A model generated the notes under the pieces. The model had not been told where the DNA came from. It ran no database searches and worked only from the letters and a program-made list of their open reading frames with translations. 64,000 bases of DNA from Moniliella sp. 'wahieum'. Taxonomy: Eukaryota. The position numbers and the translations under genes were made by a program. Position 1 is the stretch's first letter; each line of letters begins with the position of its first letter. The DNA lies in assembly GCA_003971905.1 (NCBI GenBank), contig RSEE01000057.1:124001-188000 (forward strand), in the 5' to 3' direction. Positions 49,119 through 61,432 of this stretch are shown here, piece after piece.

Positions 49119-50763
49119 GTGGCGGCAGGAGACGAAGCCCAGCAGCGGCGGTGGCCGGCGGCCTGTCCTATTAAAGGCTGCCGGCCGCCGCTGAATGGGC
49201 AGTGTGCATGCCGCGACGCTGATCACCGGTCCTGGTCACCGATCGTCGTGATTGGTCAATGTGATCAACCAGGAATCCAGCGGCAGCCACGCCAGCATGG
49301 CGCCTGTCTCATGCGCGGGCGGCTGCATGCGGCAGGTGCTGAGCCAGGATGCAGGGCGCCGCATGCAGGGTGCCGAATACAACCACACTGGACCCTTGCT
49401 TAGCGCTCATGCCAGGCTGCACGGGGCAAGTGTGTGCATGGGCGGGTGGGCGGGGCAGCGGGACAACAAAGCATGCCGCCAAGGCAGGCAAGGCCGCGGG
49501 GTGCGAGCGAGTGCTCCCAGGTGCGCGGTGCTCCCAGTGCTCCTCCAAGCTCCACGCCTCAGCGGCTCCGCAGCCTGAGCTGCCCCTCTCTTCGGTTCGT
49601 CGTCAGTACTCAGTGGGAGCGGGCCCATGCGGGCACATGTGGGGGCGGCGGCGCTGCTGTCTGTCTGCCTCCCCTCGCCCACGCCATAGCGTCATGCACG
49701 TCATGGACCACGCTCATCGATGGGGCAGTAGCCGTGTGTGAAGAGAGCCCCCATGCACTGCGCCCGTGCCAGGGGCGTGACGATCACTGAGCAACCCTAC
49801 TGCATCCGGCCGGCTGCGGCAGGGCGCCTGTGCCGGTGGACTGTCCAGTGTTCCAGTGCGCTTTGCTGGACAATAAGGCTTAAGGCCAAGGGGTAGAAGG
49901 ATAGTCGATATCAAGGTAACGCGTGCGCTGCGTTTCCTGCCCAGCAACAAATCGAGCTCCCGAAATGGACTTCTTGCAGATCTTATTACATCGCTGGCCG
50001 AGGCCGTCATGCACACATCAACGTCAACCCCAGTCTGTGGATTGGGGCACATGCCATTTCACCGGTCTCCATGCTATCCGGCCGGTGGACGTCTCGTACA
50101 GTATAGATATCACCTGTGCGATCAGTCACATGTCACACATGTCACAGCCGATTGAGCCAGTGCCCAAAAGCTCCTTCCCCGTCCATCTCCTTCCCCACCG
50201 TCAGTTGTCTCTTGCGTCTCAGCTTTCCCCCCCCACTTCACCATGTTCAACGTTCAACATTCCTGACCGCATTTGAAAAGAAGAGCAGAAAAAGATACCG
50301 AGAACAAGAAGCGTGAAGCGCTTCAGTCTTGGAAGTCGGCCAATGCGTGGTAGCTACCATGAAAGAATGGGGGCTAGGGCGAAGCACTAGACTGTGGGCG
50401 ATCAAGTGGGTGAGCGCGATAAATCGGTTACACCAGTGAGAGCCCAGAACCGCGGTTGTTCGTTAACTGAGTACCTACGCTACCAAGCCATGGACGATTG
50501 CACTGTGCAGGGTTGGACAAGCTATTGACGGTACTGACGCTAGTCCAACCTTCAAGCTTCAATGCAACAGGGAGAGAGGAAGGAGGGAACCAGGGCGCGA
50601 CGGTAACCAATTCGGAGCGGTCGAGTCGCGGAACTCTATAGCCAGGTCCGCTTGCCGGTGATATGGCCGATCAAACCATCACATCAAGTGGTGCCACATG
50701 CCACCACTCCAACAATTTTAACCACTACGGCGCCACCGCGATAGTGATGCAGCTGTCTTCATA

Positions 50764-51178
50764 ACGCGTAACGCGCGTAAAGCGCAACGCGTGACATGTA
50801 ACTAGTGACTACAGGGACTCTGCTCCACACGGCATATGCTGCACGCAACATGATGGAGCCACTCGAGCCACACTCGCTGCTACATTAGTTGGTTACTAGG
50901 ACTAATTATTGTCGAAGATCATTATATATTGACCGCCCACAATAGGAACATCATTAACGTCTCCTCAGGCCTCAGGTGAGGCCTCATTAATCATTGGCAT
51001 CAAGTACTACTGAGGCCCTGCATATGGGGTGCTACATGTTATCGATCAGCCCTGGCCAGCTCTTCCGTGAGGCCGTGAGGTGCATCCGGCGATTCCTCCT
51101 GCACTGTGGCAGGTTCATGCAGTCTTTCCTCAGATCTCAGATGCTAACATGGTTACGCGGTTACGCGTTACGGTTACG
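50764..51178. repeat. Cluster of 7-bp-register mixed palindromes
   Basis: ACGCGT-G-ACATGT-A-ACTAGT-G at 50787-50807, AGGCCT-C-ATTAAT-C at 50979-50992, and AGATCTC and TTACGCG units at 51131-51178. Confidence 0.75.
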
Positions 51179-52967
51179 AGAGAAAGGTCAGAACGCTTTT
51201 AAAAACCTCTCTTTTTGCCCTCCCCTTTTTGCCGGTTAATACCACTGTCGGTAGTATAGTAGTACATGGTGGTTATTAATGAGCTATTGTCAAGGTCGCA
51301 GTAGAATGCGTGGGATAGTTCTCTCCTACTATCATGCCCACTTCTCAGTTGGAGGATGTTGAAACGTCACCGTGGTCCCGGTCACTCCGTACGCAGGCTG
51401 TTGGCGCAGGGAGCCGGATGGGCAGAAAGCTTAGACCGCAACCACCATCATCCCCATTCATTTTACAGCTCCAGAGGTTCTCCACCCCAAACTAATCCTT
51501 GAGATCCTAATCCGATTCTGCAGAGGAGCGTCCGGCCGGGGGACTGGTTACGTGTTTTTGAAAATCCGGCAAGTTGGCTTTCTCATGCTGCATGATGGGA
51601 GTGGAAAGCAGGGCTTCAGCAACGTCATCAACCCGTGTACACAGCCCAGTATCCTTCCTACTTACCACGGCTGTGCTGCGTACCTAAATCTGTGTACGTG
51701 CCAAAGGGGGTATTGCTTTCGCCGCGGTGAATGGAAAGTTCCTGTTCCATTCGGCCTCGGAACACATGGACGACGGGGCTGGCGCACGGTGCAACGCCCA
51801 AGACCACACAGGCCATACGCCAATGGTGATGAGACTTACAGGTCCCTTGAAGCTTGCGATGTGCCACTTAACGCGCGCGACGTTCCTCATACTCACATCT
51901 CTCCCCAACTTCAGGATGCTCATTGGGGAAACTCTCAGCCGTCTCGTATCCGTTCATAGCGTATTACCCCGTAGTCGTCCCCCATTGGTGCAATCACAGT
52001 GTGGCAAACGCGAACGAGTACATGGATTGTGCCACGCTCGGTGGCTTCACCCCGGTTCTTTCCTTGGGCGCATTCCGTCAGACATTCCCTCCTGGAGGGC
52101 AAGATTTTTCTCTAACCTCTGTTGTGCAATGCACAACTACACACCGGCAACTGCCTGCGCTCTTTGGTCTTCTGCAGCACCTTCGCCATGTTCTAGTGTG
52201 CCTTCGATCTTTTTCTTTATCGACAGGGGGATTGGGTATGTTTGTCAATCCGAGCGATGGGGACCGCCCCAACTCATTCCCAAAGGGGAATTATACTGTA
52301 GAATTTGTTAGCTGCCCCCCCTCGCTACTACTCTAGCCGTTGCACCAGGCGCTTTAATTGCCTAATACATGGGACCCGAGGGAGGGGGGAGGAAACGGAC
52401 CTGTGCGGCCATTGCAACGCGGCGACGGAGAGCGGATAAAAGGGCATTGTGGCCAAGGGAGGGAAACCCATTGGGGCGGAGCCGGCGCGAGGAGGGGTGC
52501 TGAGCGCACCCGTGGTCAGCAATCTTCTTGTGTCCGTGTCGTTCCGTTTGTTGCAAGAGAAGGTGGGGTATGTGCACAGGCCACGCCAGGATCACCGGTC
52601 ACCGGCCCACCACAACTCTCTTGTAGTACTTGCAACATCATGCATCAGGCCCTACAGGTCACAAGTCATCTAGTCACGGACTACTAATGCGTACTAGGGC
52701 TGCACGCGGAAGCACTAGGGTTGCGCAGGGTTAGGTAACGCACGGTGGGGCTGCCCCCCTGCGGCCGGGACGCCAGCTGGCAGCGCACGCCTGGGCAGCC
52801 GCATGGGGGCGCAGTCGGGCTGCGCCGGGGGAGCTGGGTAATAAGCAAGCGGGTGGGCGAGTGGGCGAGTGGGCGTGGGCCGGCTGGCGTAGCTGGGATG
52901 GGGTTGGCAGAGCCAGGGGTGTGCAGCCTGCTTGCTGTTCTGCTCCTCGACCTGTCTTGTTGCCGCC

Positions 52968-53474
52968 ATGTCTGCCCGTCTGCTTGTCCGTGCTGCCGCA
53001 CCTGCCGTCCGGGGATCGCGTACCTTGGCCACCTCGGCGCCCCGCCGCGACATTGTCCAGGACCTCTACCTGACCAACCTCAAGAGCTTCAAGCCGGCTC
53101 CCAAGGTGCGTTTTTTTTTTTCTTGCTTGTCTTCCCCTCTTTCTTCTTGCCGCGCCGCGCCGCGCCGTGCCGTGCGCTGCCTGGCCTTGTCTGCAGTGGC
53201 TTGCTTCACCTCCCTGCGGTATACTGACCTCTTGATCCCTTCAGGCCCCGACGCGCACGTGGGGATCGTTCGGGAATTTGCGGCGCCCAAGGCACCTACG
53301 GCGCCGGAGACGCCGTCGTCCTCGGCGCTGGCAAGCGAGCTGGACGCGTACGCTGCTGCTGAGCCCGACCACGCCGAGCCGCCCAAGACGGAGGGCGCGA
53401 CCGATGCTGGCCTGTCCATTTCGGAGTACCTTAAAGAGGCTGCCAAGCCCATTGAGTTCCATGCGGAGCACTAA
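52968..53474 (+). CDS. ATP14: Mitochondrial ATP synthase subunit h
   Basis: Presequence, then DIVQDLYLTNLKSFKPAP and DAHVG.VREF..PKAP.AP..P. Intron 53106-53244. Confidence 0.9.
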   Translation: MSARLLVRAAAPAVRGSRTLATSAPRRDIVQDLYLTNLKSFKPAPKVRFFFSCLSSPLSSCRAAPRRAVRCLALSAVACFTSLRYTDLLIPSGPDAHVGIVREFAAPKAPTAPETPSSSALASELDAYAAAEPDHAEPPKTEGATDAGLSISEYLKEAAKPIEFHAEH

Positions 53475-54039
53475 GCCACTGGCTAAGGAGCGTCCTGTGT
53501 GGCTTGTCTGCGACTCCAATGCAACCTGCATCCATGCGCATGCACCTGGCTGGCGTGGTGGGACAATCGAAAATGGGAGAAATAGAAGAGGCGGGACCGC
53601 CAGGGGAGACGGGACAGGCCGCTGGGTCTCGTAGCGCGTTAGCGCAGGAGCCTACACGCCTTTGGTACCACACTCTTGTAGCGATGTTTAAGGGCATGGA
53701 GAGACGTCCATCCGGTTGGAAGATTTGCTAGGGGCCTATTTGGCTTCATGCGGAAGCGTCATGAAGTGGGAGGAATAGCATAAAGAAAGGAAACCGAGTT
53801 CTATCGGAGCTCAGTTTTTAGTTCGTACCCTTCCGGAAGCATTTTTGAGCAGCCGATGCGTCCGTTTCCGTCCAGAAGTTGGGAGAGGGGATCCCCCGCG
53901 TCTCAGCCACTTCCAACAACTATTTCGAAACGCGTCACGAGTTTGACCCCTTCACTCCTGCTATCGGAGCTCCACGGATTGTTGTAATTTAGGACCCCCA
54001 AGGTGCCAAGGACGATCATTTCTTCATGCTCATGAGCCC

Positions 54040-54950
54040 GCCTCTTCGGATGAGAGGATGCGCGACCCACTTTATTCGTATAGGTCGAGCACAGAAGCAA
54101 CCCGCTATGCCACACTTGGCTCTCCTGCATTCCATCCGCCCCGTGCCTGCGCCTAACCGACAAGCAGGCTGAGGCTAGTTTCCATCTCCGCACGCTATGC
54201 CGCTCCACGCGCAGTATGTGCAAGTGCAGCGTCCTGTCCTCGCTTGAGCACATCATGGCTTGCACCCGCACCCAGGCCAAGTTTGGTGCGTTGCATTGCA
54301 TAAGGAAGTGCGGGAGCCCATTCTGCAGCTCGTGCGCTCCATCCCCGACACCCACGTCCACAACGCGCCCATTGTGGAGGAAGAGGATGGGACGAGGCGC
54401 AGGAGGAAGGCAATGCGCACTGACTACCGCGTGATGGGGCCTGGAGCAATGGGAGGATCAGGAATGGAGTTGTACCACACGCTATGCGACACGGGAAAGC
54501 AAGAGGCGCGGACCGTGTACCGGAAGGTGGTACATGAGAGCACCGCAACGCCTTTGGAACGCCGGGAGAAGGAGCGGCTTCGGGTGCTGGAGCAAGCAAA
54601 ATGCCACAAGAACTACACCAAGTACCAGAGACGCAACCAAGAACCGTTTTCCCCTTGGTTTCGACGACGGGAGGATACTATACCACCAAGACAGTGAACA
54701 AGATGCTTGGGATTGGAAGTACATTTGACTGCTGACTCCCAATGGAGATGGTTCACGGATGTCTACCACGTTCATGCGTATCCACACGCGCTTCCGAGGG
54801 TCCTGATCTCCTGGCGATTCCCCTGGTTCCATAAATGGGGTTCGCGCTTGTAAGCAGCACACGCTGTGGATGAACGGATAGGTTTAGGCGCAGCGTTTCT
54901 TTGTCCCACAGTCTTACGATCTGTCAATGATATGGTTGCAGCATAGAGAT
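54040..54950 (+). mobile_element. Degenerate copy B of the CRE-like element 3' region
   Basis: Clear DNA homology to about 42858-43970 (CKCS...EHIMAC, RTDYRVMGPGA, LERREKE, QEPF). About 190 bp corresponding to 42901-43090 is deleted. Possible RT remnants upstream at 53715-54040. Confidence 0.85.
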
Positions 54951-55832
54951 CATGCGAGCCAGAAGCAGAGCATCGTTCGTTCAACGTTAAGGAACTGGTT
55001 GTCTCAACGGCCACAGACCAAACCCATTGGACAAGCAGACCGCAAGACGTGTGCAACCTCAGCATCGGGTCCATCCCGCCACCTGCTGGATATAGTAGCG
55101 CGGGTCGTACGTCATACACTGCACTTGAGGTGCTTCCGACTTACACCAAGAAGAATCCGATTAGTCCTGGCCATGGCTGACCATGTTAAGGACCTTGCTC
55201 TTCTTTACCATACATTCGGCGGAAGACACCGATGGCAATATGACATACGGTGCAGAGAATCGTATAGGGAAGTTCAGTCTTTGGTAATGAGCTGCCTACC
55301 TGATGATCCTGATAAGGGCCGACATGATGATGGGCAAGGAAGAGGATGAAGTCTCGGGGTGTGACGCCCTGAGGGGACCGTTAACACAGCTATTTGATCA
55401 TAGTGCAGTGCATCAGCGGGGAAAGTTAACAAGTCAACAGCAGGAAGTTGTGCAGGCGCTAATAAGCTGAAGTTGATTTTCCTATCTTTCTTCCATGAAA
55501 ACGATTCTCCCAAGACTGCTGTGGGTATGTATAGAGAGCACAAGAAAACGACGCAGGCCCAATAGAGAATCACTTTGATGTGGATGAGATTGACCTGTTT
55601 TACATGTTGTACAGTGAAGTGCTGAAGAGGGGTGACGGGGGGCATGAAAGGGGGCTGCGACATGCTTGGAAAGGAAGAGAGGTATGGTATGGAACGTGCG
55701 GTCGTCCCCTCCTGTGCTACTTGCCCCCGTAAGTAAGTGACAGAGAGGTCGCAAGTGTCGACCAGAAATATCGCGCCGCAGGGCGGGTATTGCTTTTTGA
55801 AAAAAGGTAGTTGGGATGAGAAGGCCATCAAA

Positions 55833-56563
55833 TCAGGTCTTGGGGGCGGCCTGGAACTCGGCAAGCACAGGCTTGATCAACCGGAACGCGTCGTAAATCT
55901 CATCGCGGTGCTTAGCGCCAGTGAGCACAATCTTGCCCGAGACAAAGACAAGAAGGACAACTTTGGGCTTCACCATGCGGTAAATAAGACCTGGGAAGAG
56001 CTCGGGTTCGTAGGAGGTGAAAGGGCCGTGCGAGTACGCTAGACCCTCCAGACGAATGGGGAAGCCGACATCGCATGAACCCACAATGTTCTGGATCTTA
56101 AACTCGGAGAACTTGGCTTCAAACCCAAGCTTTTGAACAATGCGCGCATACTTGCGGCTGGCCAGACGGCTGTCATCTTCCGACTTGGCACCCGTTACCA
56201 CCATCTTACCCGAGGCAAACAGCAAAGCCGTCGTCCGTGGTTCCCGAATGCGCATAATGACCGCAGCAAAACGCTTGGGGTTGTACTCGGCATTGCGGGC
56301 GCGAAGGGCAATCGTCTTGAGGTCCAAACGCACCTCGAGGTTCACCGTTGTTGCAACAATGTTTCTGCACAGCAAGAACCGGTTGAGCTAGGGTGCTCAA
56401 GATACGATGAGACAGACGTACTGCAAAGTGGGCAACACCTCGTGCTGGGCTGCCGCCGGCGTGGCCGGGGTGGCCACGACAGCAGGGGTAGGGGGCACAA
56501 GCTGCTTGGCCGGGGCCGGGGCCGGGGCAGGTGCAGTGGCCCGGGCAGGGCAAGGCTGACCAT
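55833..56563 (-). CDS. TBP: TATA-box binding protein
   Basis: [55 protein letters not shown] and [13 protein letters not shown] motifs. Intron 56365-56421. Confidence 0.97.
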
Positions 56564-57181
56564 GGTGGCAGAGGGTGGCGGTGAGAGGTGTAGGGTGCTT
56601 GACGCACAGGCTGAACTGGTGGAGCGATGGTCACGTGGCAAGGGCACAAGCACACTGCGAGCCTTGCAATTTCAACACCCAGGTGCGAGGGGGGGGCGAG
56701 CCGGATGGGGCTTGCAGCGAGCGGAAGTGGGTTCGTTTTATACGCGCAGCCGCCTCACCGGTCAGCAGCGGGTTTGACGGATGATTGCGCGTGACCAGGA
56801 GAAAATTTGCACCTGGAGCACAGAGCCAGTGTTTACCAGCGTATCAATGATCTACACTCCCGCACAGCGCCAGTGTGGCGCTCATTTTGCTTTGAGGCTT
56901 GCATGCCCGCAGGGGGGCGGTCTGCCTTATCGCGCGGCCAGACGGGCGGTGTCACGCGTCGACGGCCCCGCCGGGACAGTAATTCGACGAGCGCGTGGCG
57001 AGCACTGCCCTGCTGCTGCAGCCCAGCTGTGCGCTCCCACTCGCGACGCGTAACCCTGTTGTTGGTGGCGGTGGCGGTAGCCCTCCAGCGTGGCCGCCCG
57101 CCAGCCACCCAGCCACCCAGCCACCAGCCACCTGCTGCCAGCTTGCATCCATGCATCTCCCCTTGTTCCCGCCCCCCTCGC

Positions 57182-57212
<31 letters not shown>

Positions 57213-57958
57213 TTCGACCTCACCCACGCCTTCGCCTCGAGTCCTTTTCCTTCCCACCCCACTCCAGGACCAGGCAGACTGAACGTGTTTGGCGCAAGAG
57301 GGACAGCGCATCGGCAGCAGTAGCGACGCTAGTGATGGCGACAGCTAGGTGATAGAGCCAGTCCAAGACTGCCGTGCGAGCCTGCGGCCGCATTCCGCAT
57401 CCCATCAGCATTCAGCTTTGGCGTGGAGGCTGAGGCGAGGGCGGAATACAATTAATTCCGAACAGGCGCCCCGCCTGCCCCGCCCCGCTTTGCCTCGTCT
57501 CGTTAATCTTACCGGCGTCGAGGGAGGCGCCGCCATGCCTGCTTGGATAGCTACGCTTTTCCCGTCCCCGTTTCCCTCCTGGCTCACATTGTTTGCACGG
57601 GGCCCAGCCTGGTGTAGGCCGAGCGGGTGGGGACGAGAAGCCCACTTTTCCTTCCCGAGCGCAGCCAGTAGCGCCTTGCCCACTCGATGCACTCTTCGTG
57701 TGGATGTCCATGCTGCCACTTCCGCTGTATTATGCGCCGGCCTAGGGGTCACTCACCCGGAGTGTCCTCTCCTCCTGTGGGGCTATCAGTCACATAGAAC
57801 GGGTCTGTAAGGAGGGTCGCGCACCTAGATGCCCTCGCCCGTCTCCTCCGCTTGTCCCCGAGGCATACGCACTTGCATATCCTCTGGGTCCCACCGGCGC
57901 AGCCACGATCGGGCCGGCCACACGCAACCAACTCGACGCACGTAAGGGGCAAATCCAT

Positions 57959-59525
57959 TCATCGCGTTGCCGGGGCCGAGCGAAGATCTTTGGCCAGCTC
58001 GGCCGCCTGGCCCTCCAATCGGCCATGTTCAACCCCGGCCTTGTCGTCCGGCATGTCATCCCACTCGCCTGCGTCGCCTGCGTCCCCGCCATCTGGCTCT
58101 TCTTCCCCCGCGCCCACCGCGTCCACCTCATCAATCGTAAAGTGGGAGCGCTCCTGCGTTGCAGCTGCACGCAACGCTTCCACCGCCACTCCGGGACCCA
58201 GGAGCGCAATATCATCCGGCCGCAGCGAGACGGGGCGAGCTTGCCTCCTCCCAGAAGGTGCAGGCGGAGGGAGGTGAGAGGATTTGAGGGCAGGAGAGCG
58301 GGACGGGGAGCGGATAGGGGTATGCGCCAGAGTACGAGCAGGAGAGACAGTATGCCCAAGAGTCTTGGTCCCACTTGTATTCCCACCCTCCGGAACCCGT
58401 GGGCAAGCGGACCATACCTGCCAGGCGAGAGCCGAGGGAAACAGCGGGCGCCTTGGCTTCGCCCTCGGCTTGGCGGCGGCGGGCATCCTCCGCTGCCTTG
58501 AGCGAAGCCTGGTCCATCGCTGTCCCATCCAACGTCGTGTCCCGCCCAAAGGAAGGAACGGGACCGGTAACGGTATGGGTCTGCAATGTTTGGCCTACAC
58601 TATCGGCCAACTGGTCCATGCGCGCCTTGCCTTCTTCCCCCAACCACCCGCCGAGTAGGCCCACGACTTTGCCTCGCGCGCCGGGAGTCACGTCCTTGCT
58701 GTAAGACGCATTGGAGGTCGTTGGTGCGCCGGTAGGAGAAGCGTGCCAAGAAAATGCACCGCCGCTTTCGCTGCGCTCGGGTGGGGAGAGGAGAAAGGAG
58801 GCCTGCAGGTCCGACTCGAAGAAGGATTCGAGAACGGGGGAGGAGAGGGCAAGCATGCGGAAAGTGGCAAGGGAGATGAAGGGTTCCTCCTCAAGGTCCG
58901 GGTCCACACTGGGCGGAGTGTCGGCGGAGGGCAAAGGACTGCCATTGGATAAGCTGGGTATACGCGCATGGGCAATACTCCATACAGCTTCAAGGTTACG
59001 CTTTAGCTCGGCTGCCCAGTCGGGGGACGCATCCGAGAGGACCAAAGAGGGAGGGAAAGCGGCTGCCTCCACCGCCGCTGCAGGACCGAGATGATCCTGC
59101 AATTCGTCTGCCACAGCCGCAAGGGGGCGGGTGTGCACGACTGTGACAAACGCCTGGCCGGGATAGCGGTGCTCATAGAGCTGGTTGAGCCTTTCAAGCC
59201 GCGCGGCCGTGGCGGCGGAACATACGGCCGAGTCTGCGTTGGCCCCAATTCGAGGCTGAGCATAAATCAATTGCCGTTTCTCTCCCACTGCCCAACCGGG
59301 ATCGTCGTCGACGCAATAGCGGGCCACATGGAGTAGGTCATCAAAGTTGCGCGGGCGGCGGGGTGGTTCGAGCTCAGCAATGGCGGCAGCACACTGGGCA
59401 GCAAGAGTGCGGGCGAGCGCAGGAGGAGCCGAAAGAAGATGCGCAAACAGACGCTCCAGTACAGTAAAGGGGAGGTGGGCCACCGCCTCAGCAGCGGGCC
59501 ATGGCTCGGAAGCAGCAGCAGCCAT
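57959..59525 (-). CDS. OHCU-decarboxylase-like domain fused to a Gyp2/Mdr1-C-terminus-like region
   Basis: AQPRIG, RLERLNQLYEHRYPG..FVTVV, W.AELKR...VW.IA.ARI, then ISLATFRMLAL...LESFFESDLQASF. Frameshift near 58400. Confidence 0.65.
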
Positions 59526-59799
59526 GGGGGGCCAGGCAGGGTGGAGGAAGTGAGGTGGAGCGGCACTGAGACCACCCGCTGCGTGGAGGCCCATGGAAAT
59601 TGAATCAGACAGAACCCTACCCTTCGGGAGCGAGGACGTGTGGAGCAGGCACGTGCAACATTTCAGCTGCCGTTCCGCCGCGTTCCGCCCGGCCCTGAAA
59701 AAATGCCCCCCGCTTGTTTCGATGCGCAGACGAGCCAAGTACGAATGGGATGACCTGGTCGATAGCTCGTCTTGCTTCACCTTCCTTCATCCATCCACC

Positions 59800-60185
59800 A
59801 TGCTCCTCTTTTGCCCCAACTGTGCCAACACCCTCTCTGTTGCCAAGGGTGACACTATGGAGAACAAGTGGGCATGTGCTACGTGTCCATACGAGTACCC
59901 CATCGACACTCCTCTCATCCACCGCCGTTACCTGCCGCGCAAACAGGTCGACGATGTAATGGGCGGTGCCGAGTCTTGGGCCAACGTCGACACAGCTGTT
60001 GTCATCTGCCCCAAGTGCGAACACGATGTGGCGTACTACATGCAGATCCAGATCCGCTCTGCTGATGAGCCAAGTAAGTGAGCCCTTTTACTGAAGTGAA
60101 AGATGCGCGGTCCACTGACCTGCAACTACCAGTGACCACGTTCTACAAGTGCACCCAATGCGAACATCAATGGAGGGAAAACTAG
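59800..60185 (+). CDS. RPC11: RNA polymerase III subunit C11
   Basis: MLLFCPNCAN..., CATCPY, CPKC, YYMQIQIRSADEP|MTTFYKCTQC.HQWREN. Intron 60074-60132. Confidence 0.96.
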
Positions 60186-61432
60186 GCTATCCTCCCCCTT
60201 ACCTTGTGCGGCTCCCGTTTTCCCTCCACGATACCCGCTGCTGGGACCATCGTTGTCACTTGCCAGACCTGTATCCCAGCAACACCATTTCTGCCCTCAT
60301 TTTCCAACTTAGCTGTCGACTCCCATCATATTTTGCCGCCTGGCAGTCTTTCCTTCTAGCAGCCCGTTTATAAGACAGAGCCTTATGACCAGTTTGCCGA
60401 TGAAGTAGAACGTGTGGCTCGACCACACAAGACCAAAATCTCACCAGAGAGTCATCGCGTCTTCGGCCTTTTGCCGTTGCCACTGAACGGGTTTCACTCA
60501 TCTATCCAGCGGCGCCCTCTTCCGCCCCAGCACCTGTCCAACTCGGCCCCCTCAGGCTGCAAAGATCAGTTACCCCATTGTACTGTGTAGCAAGCAGTCC
60601 ACCACTTCATTCGAGAAGGGCATTCCCTGACTTGCTGGTAGGACGAGAAGTCACGGCAGGTGTGAATTCTAAGTAATTCTAAGGCTCGAGTGCTAACTAT
60701 AGGACGAGGATTGCTTTGGGGACTGTGTAGCAGCTGATGGGGCAGACAACGTTCGGAAGGAGGAGCAAACTAGTAATGACGCAAAACGCAAGGCCATCTT
60801 TGGGTGGGCATCTGTTGGCCGCGAGCGCGATCAGGCGTGGTACCTGCGCGACCTGAAGCCTCCAAAAGGCAGACGGCACTCCTTGGGGCATGGCGGGGCT
60901 TGAGAGGGAGCTGGGTGGGGCTCCTGGTTGTTCTCGCTCTGCCTGTTCTCGCTCTGCCCATCTCTTCTGGTTGTCTGGATGGGTCAGTGACGTCATGGTG
61001 ACGCGTCCCTGCTAGGCGTTTAGGCCTTGGGCGTGGGCGGCAGTGTGTATTAGCGCTTTGCTGTTATTCGCGCTTTGTGCGCTGGCTCCTTTCCAGGGTC
61101 CAAGCCTTCTGCCCAGTGTGTGTGTGCTCGGTGTCACGTGACTCGGAGGGTTGTTCGTCCAGATCTCAGATCGTTCTGATCTCAGATCCCAGACGACGTT
61201 TGAAAATTTGAGGCGAGGCGCTGGCGCCGGCCTCTCACTTGTCCTTTGCCCGTTCCACCGTCGCGGGCTAGCCGCCCCAGCCAGCCCCTTTCTCTTTCTC
61301 TTCTCTTGCTCGTTTCCGTTTCTTGCCGCTTCCCCTTCCATCTCCACCTCCACCTCCACCTCCACCTCCACCACCACCACCGCCCCTGCGCCCTCTACCC
61401 CATCCCCTCTAGTGTCGGCGCTCTGCAGGGAG

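Noticed and set aside
52694..52740. Telomere-like TAGGG/TTAGG words near retroelement copy B
   Set aside because: Scattered single words rather than a tandem array, and separated from the element by ATP14.
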